From NCBI GenBank assembly GCA_904418995.1, contig CAJFQF010000002.1, forward strand, positions 30,223 through 94,222: a DNA stretch of 64,000 nt, given 5' to 3'. This stretch comes from Candidatus Heritagella intestinalis (GTDB taxonomy: Bacteria > Bacillota > Clostridia > Oscillospirales > Acutalibacteraceae). The notes below the pieces were generated by a model. The model ran no database searches and had not been told where the DNA came from. It saw only the letters and a list, made by a program, of their open reading frames with translations. This document shows positions 54,467-63,258 of this stretch, piece by piece; within the stretch, counting starts at the first letter, position 1, and each line of letters begins with the position of its first letter. Both the position numbers and the translations under genes were made by a program.

Positions 54467-55400
54467 CCACTACAAATTCAGGATCTCTATCCCTGGACCC
54501 CGTAAGCAGATTCTTCAGCGGACGATACATATGGCGCTCAATATATTCCCCAATCCCAAAGAAATCCCAATACTTCTTTTTGTCGCTGAAATACTCGGCC
54601 GGTGTATATTTCTCAATAGATTGCAGCCAGACCCCATAGGCATCTTTGGAGGTGTCGGATACGGCAGCAACATTGATTTTGGCTTCCTTCATCATCTTGT
54701 GATAGAGTGTTGTGAGGTCTGCATAATCATCCAGCCGATTATCCTTCATGGCGCGTTCTTGCTGAAGTTTGATTTTACACAAGTCCTTGATCAAGCTGTC
54801 CTGCAATGGGTCATCGTTGTCCACATACTTGAGCAGCAGCTTATAATGGTTATCCAGAAAGCGATACTCCTCGACACCAAAGTCCTCGCCCCATCTGTCC
54901 ATAGCTCGCACAGACGGCAACTTAGGTGCTTCATCCGGAGTATTTTCATATAGGTCATCTTCATCGTCATGGGTTTTAATGCCCCGCTCCTCATCAATGG
55001 TATCATCATAGGTAACGCCTTTGTACTGCACCAGATTGGACTTGATCATATACTTCCGTATTAGGCTGTTAGGCTGCGGGGAGTTCATAGCAGCATACAC
55101 GATGGCCCGGTTGTAATAGAGGTCAAACTTCATGCAAACTCGGCGGATAGCTTCCGCTTCGTTTTTCAGGACTTCCACATAATGGTTGTACAATTCTTCT
55201 AAGCACTTATTGCAGATGGGCAAATACATATTATTGTGATACCAGAGAGGGGACTTGGCTTTTGCGAAATTACCGCTTTGCTTGGTAAAACTGCGCGGAC
55301 AACGAGTACAGTAATATACCCTTCGCTCTTCGTGCTTCCCATCTACGACAGCCGTTGTACTGCGCTGGGTTTGCTTTTTCTTTTTGATGCTCTTCTCCAT
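54447..55400 (-). CDS. possible terminase small subunit / zinc-ribbon DNA-binding protein
   Basis: Lies directly upstream of, and overlaps, the large terminase gene. CTRC...CNKC zinc ribbon. ATG 55400 follows the RBS GGAAAGGGGGGTG. Confidence 0.35.
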   Translation of the reverse strand: MEKSIKKKKQTQRSTTAVVDGKHEERRVYYCTRCPRSFTKQSGNFAKAKSPLWYHNNMYLPICNKCLEELYNHYVEVLKNEAEAIRRVCMKFDLYYNRAIVYAAMNSPQPNSLIRKYMIKSNLVQYKGVTYDDTIDEERGIKTHDDEDDLYENTPDEAPKLPSVRAMDRWGEDFGVEEYRFLDNHYKLLLKYVDNDDPLQDSLIKDLCKIKLQQERAMKDNRLDDYADLTTLYHKMMKEAKINVAAVSDTSKDAYGVWLQSIEKYTPAEYFSDKKKYWDFFGIGEYIERHMYRPLKNLLTGSRDRDPEFVVGDDDVG

Positions 55401-55420
55401 TGACACCCCCCTTTCCAATT

Positions 55421-55455
55421 AAAATAGAAAGGCCCTCCCACAATAGGGGAGAGCC
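55421..55455 (-). terminator. rho-independent terminator between the HU-like gene and the packaging genes
   Basis: Minus strand reads GGCUCUCCC / GGGAGGGCC (9 bp, with one G-U that would be a C-A mismatch on the + strand), followed by TTTCTATTTTAATT. Confidence 0.65.
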
Positions 55456-55462
55456 AGAGAAC

Positions 55463-55801
55463 TTACTCTTCTTCCGTTTCGATCTGCGTCACAACATCCG
55501 CCACATCTTCAGCAGGCGGCACAAAGTCTTCCCGCACCGCAATCCGGAAGTTCTTACTGGGTTCAAACTTTGGGACATACCGTTCAGAAGCAATATAGGA
55601 TTCGCCGGTGCTGATATTGTAGCGCTTCATAGCCTTCCGCTTGTCGGCATAAAAGTCACCCACACCCTGGATGTGCAGTTTTTTACCAGTTTTCATTGCG
55701 TGGATAAAATACTTGACGACATCATCAAAAATCGTCGAAGCATCAGACTGGGTATATCCGGCAAACTTTGCAAAATCCCTGATAATTTCAGGTTTATTCA
55801 T
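55463..55801 (-). CDS. HU/IHF-family DNA-binding protein
   Basis: HU fold pattern at about 110 aa: KPEIIRDFAKFAGYTQSDA...IQGVGDFY...R.....N..TGE......YVPKF.PSK.F. Confidence 0.75.
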   Translation of the reverse strand: MNKPEIIRDFAKFAGYTQSDASTIFDDVVKYFIHAMKTGKKLHIQGVGDFYADKRKAMKRYNISTGESYIASERYVPKFEPSKNFRIAVREDFVPPAEDVADVVTQIETEEE

Positions 55802-55819
55802 AAGCGTTAAACGCTCCTT

Positions 55820-57127
55820 TCAAACAATATTTGTATAGAGGACTGTGGTTAGCCCCTTGTCCTTATCATAAATAAATGATTTGCATTGCCGCTTGGCATT
55901 ATATCCCTGCTCTTCAGACCAGCGGCTCTTTGCAGAAATAGTGGGAAGACGCTGTATCCGGATATTGTGATCCTCTACCAACACCTGTTCGCTGTGCATA
56001 TGCTGCAACATCACTTCGCACGTATCGATGTCACTCCAATACTGCTTACCTTCATCCGCAACGATTCTGGGCAGCCTTTTGACATCTCCGTTATGAGCAA
56101 AGACGAAAAGGGTTCGCCCAAATTTGTAATACTTGCGCGGCTTAGGGGAACTGTCTACAGTAATACGGTCTGATTTTCTGAACCATGCCTCCACGTACTT
56201 TGCCAGTTTGAATCCGCTTACGGTATCGTGATTGCCGGGAATGTAGATAACGTCCACAGGAGCCAGATAAGATAACGCCCCAATAACCTGTACGATCATT
56301 GCGTACAACTGTTCACAGGCGTCGTAATAGTGCGTACAGTTGTCTTGGGGAGTCCCTTTATAGGTCATCCCAGAAGGGCCATCCGCATTGAGCATATCAC
56401 CGCCAATAGTGAAGATAATCCGGTTAAAACGATACTGATATGTTCTTGAAATAATATCCTTGACAACCTTAAAGAAAACTTCTTCTGCGATTTTACAATT
56501 ATACTCATTGCCCGTAGTCATCATAGTGGACTGCAAGTTATAATGGAGATCACTGATAGGAATAATCAACAGCTTGTTTCCGTCCAAGTAGGACTCATCG
56601 TATTCCGTAAAGGGAGCGCCGACATCATCCGGCAAATTTCGTATCCATGCATCCAAGTCCTCCATCAAAATATCACTTGCCTTGGGACGCACGGTAATAC
56701 GGCTTGCGCACAATCTTTTATTGCCAGCATCCCATTGACTGGATTTGGAGGAAACCAAATCAAAAAGTCTGGGGTCATACCCATGGGACTTTAGCAAAAA
56801 TTCTGGATTGCGCAAGCATGAGTCATCCGTCACTTCAAACTCACACTCTGACACTTCTGTGTGATCTCCATTGATTTTGACAGTCTTTCTTTGCTGGGCT
56901 ATCCCATCTTCGCCTCCAGGCGGAACCAAAGACCAGCCATTTGCAAGATACTCCCCAAGCAGCTTGTACCCTTTGCGAATAGTATCCCTAGATTCAGGGT
57001 AGTGTAAATGCTGACAGCGAAAATCAGCAATATCCTGCCACTCGATTTCGCTGTTAGACTGCTTCTCAATCAGCATTCCAAGCTGCTGTTCCAGAAACTG
57101 TGTGGTAATAATAAGACCTCCATTCAC
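55820..57127 (-). CDS. calcineurin-like metallophosphoesterase with an extra N-terminal domain
   Basis: ISDLHYN, GGDMLNADG, IPGNHD, FAHNGD and LQHMHSE motifs in canonical order, in the C-terminal 250 aa. Confidence 0.65.
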   Translation of the reverse strand: MNGGLIITTQFLEQQLGMLIEKQSNSEIEWQDIADFRCQHLHYPESRDTIRKGYKLLGEYLANGWSLVPPGGEDGIAQQRKTVKINGDHTEVSECEFEVTDDSCLRNPEFLLKSHGYDPRLFDLVSSKSSQWDAGNKRLCASRITVRPKASDILMEDLDAWIRNLPDDVGAPFTEYDESYLDGNKLLIIPISDLHYNLQSTMMTTGNEYNCKIAEEVFFKVVKDIISRTYQYRFNRIIFTIGGDMLNADGPSGMTYKGTPQDNCTHYYDACEQLYAMIVQVIGALSYLAPVDVIYIPGNHDTVSGFKLAKYVEAWFRKSDRITVDSSPKPRKYYKFGRTLFVFAHNGDVKRLPRIVADEGKQYWSDIDTCEVMLQHMHSEQVLVEDHNIRIQRLPTISAKSRWSEEQGYNAKRQCKSFIYDKDKGLTTVLYTNIV

Positions 57128-58359
57128 ATTTTATCGGCAATCGCCGCAATCTTGCTGCGATAGATATTTTGAAGCTTCACTTCGCCATACAAAGATTCAC
57201 CCCTGAATGCCTGAGACATGCACCTCATACCGTTAACAGCTCCGGCATATGCGCTGCTGTCTACCTGGGATTCATAATCCCCCTCCACAATGCACTTAGA
57301 ATCCTCTCCAAGCCGTTGCAGCATCAGCTTCAGCAAATCTTTGTCTGTGTTCTCCGCTTCTGTAATCAGAACGCCCGCTCTCATGTTGGTGGTGTCGAAT
57401 CCACGAATATCACAAGCGGGATAGATCTCCAAATGGCCTCTGCTAATTTCGTCCTGCACACCATATCTGCCTCCAAGCTTAGAGGCAAGAATGTTGCCAA
57501 CAGAAGATTCCAGTAATTTTTCTTCTCTTGTGCCTGGCAAAAAACCAATGGTGGCTGTGTTACGAACAGGCACTGTATTGGCAAACACTAAAATCTTGTC
57601 GATTTCATGGTGTTCCAACAAATAATAAAGAAAAGACAGCGCCAAATATGTTTTTCCGGATGCCGCCTTTCCTGACAACATCGTTACTTGGTTGCTCCAC
57701 ATGGAATCAATCGCCAATGACTGATAGACATCATTGCGATAAGGCCGCAAGTCACCAAACATGGTGCTTTTGATTGTGCGCGGCAAAATTCTAACGTTCG
57801 CATCACCAACCCACTTGCATTTATCAATGACAGCCCCATCTTCAGCTTGCAGTATCGCATATTCGTTTGGAAGCAGTCCAAAATGATTGATAGTGGGATC
57901 AGAATAGAATTGATGCAGTTCATCCGCAGAAGGCGTCAGCAACTTATATCCGCAGTACGAATCATCTACAGCCTTTACGAACTGGGTAGGAATGCGGAAG
58001 ATTTTATCTGCAATCGTTTTGCAAAGAATATCATTGGTGTAAAACACCACATCCTCAGTTACATCATACATATACTTAGCAGATGCGATGATCATCACAT
58101 CCGGAGTGGGAGCCAGAGAGAAATCCTCAATTATCTGTCGTATGTTTTCTTGGCAAATCACCACCTGAACCAAAAAGCGGTTCTCCTGAATGAGCCGGGC
58201 AGCGTTTCGTGCCCTCCATTTTGTCTCTTGATCTTTGTGAGCAGAAGATTTAATACTTTCCAGCTCTATCAGAGTTTCAGAAGCAATAAAAAAGGCTTCT
58301 TGAAACGCTTCTTCTTGCAACAGCAAAAGAGCGTTTGTGTCATAAAACCGCAAGCTCAT
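57124..58359 (-). CDS. PIN-domain + PhoH-like ATPase (PhoH2/YlaK-type)
   Basis: N-terminal PIN (FYDTNALLL), Walker A GKAASGKT, and a PhoH-like C-terminal region (ITEAENT, GDYESQVD). Confidence 0.8.
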   Translation of the reverse strand: MSLRFYDTNALLLLQEEAFQEAFFIASETLIELESIKSSAHKDQETKWRARNAARLIQENRFLVQVVICQENIRQIIEDFSLAPTPDVMIIASAKYMYDVTEDVVFYTNDILCKTIADKIFRIPTQFVKAVDDSYCGYKLLTPSADELHQFYSDPTINHFGLLPNEYAILQAEDGAVIDKCKWVGDANVRILPRTIKSTMFGDLRPYRNDVYQSLAIDSMWSNQVTMLSGKAASGKTYLALSFLYYLLEHHEIDKILVFANTVPVRNTATIGFLPGTREEKLLESSVGNILASKLGGRYGVQDEISRGHLEIYPACDIRGFDTTNMRAGVLITEAENTDKDLLKLMLQRLGEDSKCIVEGDYESQVDSSAYAGAVNGMRCMSQAFRGESLYGEVKLQNIYRSKIAAIADKM

Positions 58360-58613
58360 TCCTCACTTTCATAATCATCATCAGGCTCCATCTCTTCTCC
58401 GATAGAGAACCCAATCGCATGAGTCTGAGTTTCTACGTCCTCATCTGTCCCAGCAAGCTTTTGCGCTTCCTGGTTTTGTTTGAGGATCTTAATGCTGATG
58501 ATGTTCTTGAAGTAATCAAAAAGGGATTCCATTAGTTCCGTAATCTGCTGTAAGGCGACAAAAATCGCAACCGAAAAAGCCACGATACACAAAGCGTTCC
58601 GTAAATTTTTCAT
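58356..58613 (-). CDS. small membrane-anchored acidic protein (85 aa)
   Basis: ATG 58613 has the RBS GAGAGGT upstream. TM segment ALCIVAFSVAIFVAL. Acidic C-terminus. The stop overlaps the PhoH start. Confidence 0.45.
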   Translation of the reverse strand: MKNLRNALCIVAFSVAIFVALQQITELMESLFDYFKNIISIKILKQNQEAQKLAGTDEDVETQTHAIGFSIGEEMEPDDDYESEE

Positions 58614-58832
58614 CCAATACCTCTCATGCGCCGCAAATGATCCAACACGTCCGGTTCTTCCGAACACCAGTAACGATGCCTCTTTGATTTCTGTTTGGAC
58701 GTGCGGTAAACGTGCGCATAAGGGAATCGACTCCGTACTTGTCTGGCCTCTTCTTTTGTAACCAACACCATAAATAACCATCCTTTTTATTTTATTTGAG
58801 GAGGGGTATGCCCCTCCTTGTTGGCTAACATT

Positions 58833-58885
58833 AAATATCGACATTGAAAACCGACATCAAATATCGACATTCAATCTGGACACAT
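58833..58885. repeat. four tandem 13-bp repeats (CGACAT core)
   Basis: CGACAT at 58839, 58852 and 58865, and GGACAC at 58878, give an exact 13-bp spacing. The AAATATCGACATT unit occurs twice. Confidence 0.75.
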
Positions 58886-58904
58886 TTATAGTATCCATAT
58901 ATAG

Positions 58905-59522
58905 TTAGCTGAAAATTTCAGCCGACAATTTTTGAATGTTGTTGTTGGTTAAAATAAATTCCCCGCTATTGTGGATAGGGACTTCCAGCCGATACTTGGT
59001 TGAGTGAAAAGATTTCTTTGCGCCCCAGGAATAGGTGTTCTGCGGCTTCTGTATGATTGACAGGTACTCATAATCCACCAACTCTGGGATATAAATGGTT
59101 TGCAATGTGCTGCGTGACATATCCAACCATGCACCCAAAGCGGCGGACGATACAGAAAATTCCCTGTCTCTGTCTGCATAGGCCTTGCCATAGCACAGGA
59201 ACGCAAGGGCCACATACTTGGTTTTGCGGCTGTCGAATCTCCTGTTGATTTCTGCTATATCCGCCTGGTTGACCCTGACTACCACATTGTCTGTGAGACG
59301 CCGCTTATCTTCTAACGCTCTCCCAATCAAGTCATTGACATTGTATTTGATGTGAATTCCGTTCTCTTTTGCCCAGGCGAAGATAGATTCCCTGATCTTC
59401 AATTTGGGATAGCCTTGTTCTTTGTACCACTTGGCAATCAACAGCAGGATGTGATACAGGTTGTCTTTCTTCAGATTCTTACCAGCCAGATACCTCTGTA
59501 CTTCTGCAACCTCGTTAATCAA
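58905..59522 (-). CDS. phage early hypothetical protein (205 aa)
   Basis: Overlaps the stop of the RNA-polymerase-like gene. No recognisable family. Confidence 0.45.
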   Translation of the reverse strand: MINEVAEVQRYLAGKNLKKDNLYHILLLIAKWYKEQGYPKLKIRESIFAWAKENGIHIKYNVNDLIGRALEDKRRLTDNVVVRVNQADIAEINRRFDSRKTKYVALAFLCYGKAYADRDREFSVSSAALGAWLDMSRSTLQTIYIPELVDYEYLSIIQKPQNTYSWGAKKSFHSTKYRLEVPIHNSGEFILTNNNIQKLSAEIFS

Positions 59523-61974
59523 TAGACACCGCCTCCATTCTGTATCTCTTACCTAAATATTCAAAATCCCCATCGTCACAGTGAGCAGGCAACAATAATT
59601 GCTGCTGTTTTAAATTGCTCACAATGCCATCTCCAGCCACCACCCACATAAACTTTTTATTTTTGTTGGGGTACTTCTCATAGCACAGTGTTACCGCAAT
59701 ATTTGCCAGTTCCTTCTGGTCGCAAATGCGCTCACACCGGCTCTTGTATTGGTCGTAATAATAGCGCCAGTTGATTTCCAAGCGGCTACCCTCAGCTCGC
59801 AAAGACGCCTGGTCTTTTCCTAACTGCACCATCTCTGCGCAAAAATCCAGAAAAACAGATTCAATCTGCGCAAACGTATCCTCTGAGATAGAAAGGCTTT
59901 CGTCAATCATAATACGGTAATCGAAATCCTTATAAGTTCTCTTCCAGCGTATGCGCTTTTCCCACTTTTCCAATTCCCAGCACAGACGATTCATATTACT
60001 CCGCGCCATAGACAGCTTCATGCGCTTGTAGTAGTCACCACGATAACGCATGAAATAGGGGAGAGGCCGCCCAAATTTTGAAATGTATGGGGGAATCAAA
60101 TACAAAACACCGGTCTTTGCGAAATCGATGGATTTTCCAGTGAGGACAGAAATAATATCAATGTAATGCTCATACTTGAGCTTCTGCTCCTGGGTTTTTG
60201 GCGTTTTGTTGTGGTAAGCGCTGGCGTAATTGCTATATTCACCAATCAGATTCTTCATACTGCGATAGATGATCTTAATGCGGTTTTCCGGCGTGTCTAA
60301 CTCTGGCTCAACTGTGATTTTGTCATCGACATCCAGTACAATGGGCAAATCCCGTTGGATGCCGTTCAATACCGTATCGTTCTGGATAACCAAAACCAAA
60401 TCCCCATCAGAGTCAGCACCCTGCAAACGTTGCATCACAATGTCATAGCAATTTACCATGCAAACATTGGATAAGTGCCCACAATACTTAGAAAGCAGGG
60501 GAGAAGAGACACCGGAAAGGATTGTGTGCTCTGAACGGCAAATGTGAGGATTTCGTTCAATAGCACACTCACCGATAATATCGCCTGTGGCGTTATTAGA
60601 GTAGAACTCCTGGTTGCGTAAAGACCCTTGCGGAGGAAGGCCACCAATTACCTCCATAGCCATCACCAAATCCGGAACCAGGAATTTAAAGCAAGATTTG
60701 AGATACAGCTTCCCGCATTTGAAGTCATCAATGTACTTCTCCAGCAAAGAAATAAAATATTTTCTGACCCCATACTCCTTTAACATCTCTGGATTTTTCA
60801 GAATGGCCGCCGTATAGTTGTTCAGAGGTGTGTGCTTATCGGCGAACATCCCCAGAAAGCACATGGCATACCGCAAGTCTCCATCGATAATCTTCATCGC
60901 CCAATCTGTGCTATAGCCTGCCAAATGAGAGAATTCCTCATAATCCAAATCCAAGTCCTGCAAAATTTGATAATTGCTGCGCGTATAAACCGGCTCCTGC
61001 TCTTTGGAGAAGTTCCACTTGGCGACCCCAAAGCAATGCTCATACCGATAAAATCTATCCCAATAATCCTGCCAGTCCCGAATGTCCCCGTACTGCTTAA
61101 AATACTTGAGGCCCTTGTACATACTCTCAAAAATAATCATGAGAGGTTCTCCTTGCGACGTTACATCATACTCCTGCCCCCATATGTCCTTGATTTTCAT
61201 TACGTTTCGCTCCGCAAAGAAAGAAACATAGTCCATTTCGTGGGTAACGCCTTTGATGAAAGGCAATCGGATTAAGACAGAAGTGGGACGCACATCGCTT
61301 TGCAATAGCTCTTGGATTTTGTCTGTAATGGCTGGATGATGAATTCCACAGCCGTCAAATACATTGATTTCAATATCCCTAACATCTTCCTTTACGTCCT
61401 TTTGCGTACCATGGCGCGGCTTTCCGTCTTTGTCTGTAAAGTCATTTTCCTTGTCGTAGATATATTTGATTTTTTGCGACTTGATCGTCTTATAAAAGTC
61501 CGGAACGACTACAATCTTAGGAACCCAGCCCTCAAGGCAATGGCAGGAACTCAGCATTAGGCCACGGTAAGCATACCATTTGGATAAAACGGTCTTAACA
61601 CCCATAAGGCCCATACAAACCCTGTTGGTGATCTCATCAGCAATAGAATCATCAATGAAGCTCAGAATAGAATTGCGGGTCATAGAGGCAGAGCGCTCAC
61701 ACAACACAAAGTGCTGCTGTCCCACAAAAAAACCGTTTTGCAGCATCTCTGTAAATCCAGGTGTATCCTCCTTGGCTCCCCGGCAATCAACAAACACTAC
61801 ATAAGCGTTGTATTTGCGGGTATCATGGGAGACCAAGCGCACTTGTCTGAACAAAGGGTTGTCCTGTTGTTTGATCTGGTACTGAGTATCGTCATCTCCC
61901 GTAAGACAAAGACCAGACTCCAGAATAACCTTCAGTGGGTATTTGCGAACAATATAAAGCGGTGGTGCGAACAA
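59515..61974 (-). CDS. YonO-like / RdRP-superfamily single-subunit two-barrel RNA polymerase (candidate)
   Basis: 819 aa. LIRLPFIKGV (compare RdRP QIRYGGYKGV), ERNPHICRSEH (compare KNPCLHPGD) and GADSDGD (DxDGD metal site, nt 60400-60420) occur in the family order. Confidence 0.6.
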   Translation of the reverse strand: MFAPPLYIVRKYPLKVILESGLCLTGDDDTQYQIKQQDNPLFRQVRLVSHDTRKYNAYVVFVDCRGAKEDTPGFTEMLQNGFFVGQQHFVLCERSASMTRNSILSFIDDSIADEITNRVCMGLMGVKTVLSKWYAYRGLMLSSCHCLEGWVPKIVVVPDFYKTIKSQKIKYIYDKENDFTDKDGKPRHGTQKDVKEDVRDIEINVFDGCGIHHPAITDKIQELLQSDVRPTSVLIRLPFIKGVTHEMDYVSFFAERNVMKIKDIWGQEYDVTSQGEPLMIIFESMYKGLKYFKQYGDIRDWQDYWDRFYRYEHCFGVAKWNFSKEQEPVYTRSNYQILQDLDLDYEEFSHLAGYSTDWAMKIIDGDLRYAMCFLGMFADKHTPLNNYTAAILKNPEMLKEYGVRKYFISLLEKYIDDFKCGKLYLKSCFKFLVPDLVMAMEVIGGLPPQGSLRNQEFYSNNATGDIIGECAIERNPHICRSEHTILSGVSSPLLSKYCGHLSNVCMVNCYDIVMQRLQGADSDGDLVLVIQNDTVLNGIQRDLPIVLDVDDKITVEPELDTPENRIKIIYRSMKNLIGEYSNYASAYHNKTPKTQEQKLKYEHYIDIISVLTGKSIDFAKTGVLYLIPPYISKFGRPLPYFMRYRGDYYKRMKLSMARSNMNRLCWELEKWEKRIRWKRTYKDFDYRIMIDESLSISEDTFAQIESVFLDFCAEMVQLGKDQASLRAEGSRLEINWRYYYDQYKSRCERICDQKELANIAVTLCYEKYPNKNKKFMWVVAGDGIVSNLKQQQLLLPAHCDDGDFEYLGKRYRMEAVSID

Positions 61975-62429
61975 TCAATCACCTTCTGCAATATTAGTTT
62001 GGGAAGTCGGCCTAAAAATACAAACCATAGAGGGAAAAGGGGCCGAATTCTTGGAGTTTCCAAATTTTAATCTTCCTTTTACGAATCGAATTTCAGCATA
62101 CGGGTAAACATATTGATGAAACCACTTCGTATCAGTTCTGGACGGAACCAGAAACACCACCGTGTTCCCCCCCGACTCTCTTCATAACATTTTTTTGCCC
62201 ACTCTGCACATTCAGAATAGGGAGGATTACACCACACCACTCCACTCCAGGGTTGAAGAAGACCATCATCCTCTGGTGTATAATACTTTTGGCACTTCGC
62301 ATTCTCAGGGAGTGCACAAGCATCCAGAGTGAAGTGAAACTCCTTGTCTAAGTTATCAAAAAAATCCTGTGGCGTTTCCCACAAATCACTTTTGCTGGAA
62401 AACATGACTTTCCTCTGCGCATTGGTCAA
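61975..62429 (-). pseudogene. phage Dam-type N6-adenine DNA methyltransferase interrupted by a frameshift in a G7 tract
   Basis: N-terminal ORF (62079..62429) has WETPQDFF and NPPY. The C-terminal part (from about 62160) reads VVFLVPSRTDTKWFH...GRLKF in another frame. The frames switch at C7/G7 (62167-62173). Confidence 0.7.
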
Positions 62430-62444
62430 TATCTCAATCCTCCA

Positions 62445-63254
62445 TCAATTAACCAGACAACGATCGCATTCTTCCGGCTCAATCTCACAGAACCATCTAT
62501 TTTTACATTCGCCACATTTGAAAAGTACGGTTTTATTGCTAACACGCCGCAAAATAGCCCGCTCCTGTAAGGTTTTGTCCAAAAACTCAACTCCCTTAGT
62601 TGTCCAAAGGGTTTCGTTTACAACCTCTGTCTCTCCATTGCTGCGAATTATCGGCGTCCTTCGAGTAACGGTATATCCTTTATTTTGATAATCAGAATAT
62701 AAAACCCACTGTTTTCCAACTTTATATTGGATACCCAATCCGTGAAGAAGCTGATTGAAGCGCTTTGCTGACATACCATAGTTCTTAGCAACACTGGTAG
62801 TCGTAATCCCATTGGAAGCCATTAGACATCTGGACGCGTAGTCCGCAGCAGGTTCCAGTTTTTCAATCAATTTCTTTTGCTGCGCATTCTCTCCCTCCAA
62901 AAGCCGCAGCTTCTGATCCGCAATCTGCAAGGCTCTTGCCATGACTTTCTCCGGACTGTTCCAATCCTTCTCTAGCTGAATAAAATATTGACGGGCTTGT
63001 TTCCCACGCTCATTGCGCTGGAGCATACAGATTTCCTTGGCCATCTCGATGGTGAGCTGGGCATCCTGTGCCGGACGGCCTCCGGTACTTTCGCTCAAAA
63101 ATGAGCGAAAGTCCTGTCCCTCCGCAAAACCATATTCGCACATTCTAGGAAACCAATCTTTATAGGCGGTTTTGACTCCCAAAAATTCATGCAGTTCTCT
63201 GGCCGACACAGTGGGACGGCCATCATCGTAAGAAACTCGAATCAATTCATTCAT
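62445..63254 (-). CDS. phage antirepressor (AntA/AntB N-terminal + KilA-C-type domain) with a C-terminal Cys cluster
   Basis: VSARELHEFLGVKTAYKDWFPRM and LTIEMAKEICMLQRNERGKQARQYFI are typical Ant motifs. ATG 63254 is preferred. Confidence 0.8.
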   Translation of the reverse strand: MNELIRVSYDDGRPTVSARELHEFLGVKTAYKDWFPRMCEYGFAEGQDFRSFLSESTGGRPAQDAQLTIEMAKEICMLQRNERGKQARQYFIQLEKDWNSPEKVMARALQIADQKLRLLEGENAQQKKLIEKLEPAADYASRCLMASNGITTTSVAKNYGMSAKRFNQLLHGLGIQYKVGKQWVLYSDYQNKGYTVTRRTPIIRSNGETEVVNETLWTTKGVEFLDKTLQERAILRRVSNKTVLFKCGECKNRWFCEIEPEECDRCLVN

Positions 63255-63258
63255 AGCA

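Noticed and set aside
58614-58844. Full-length 162-aa ORF 58356..58844
   Set aside because: The upstream 77 codons run through the 13-bp repeats and a perfect GC hairpin, and no RBS precedes them. The internal Met at 58613 has a good RBS and starts the TM segment. Only the short form is called.
58833-58885. CRISPR-like array
   Set aside because: The repeats are only 13 bp with no spacers, there are four copies, and no cas genes are present. This is an iteron- or operator-type repeat, not a CRISPR array.
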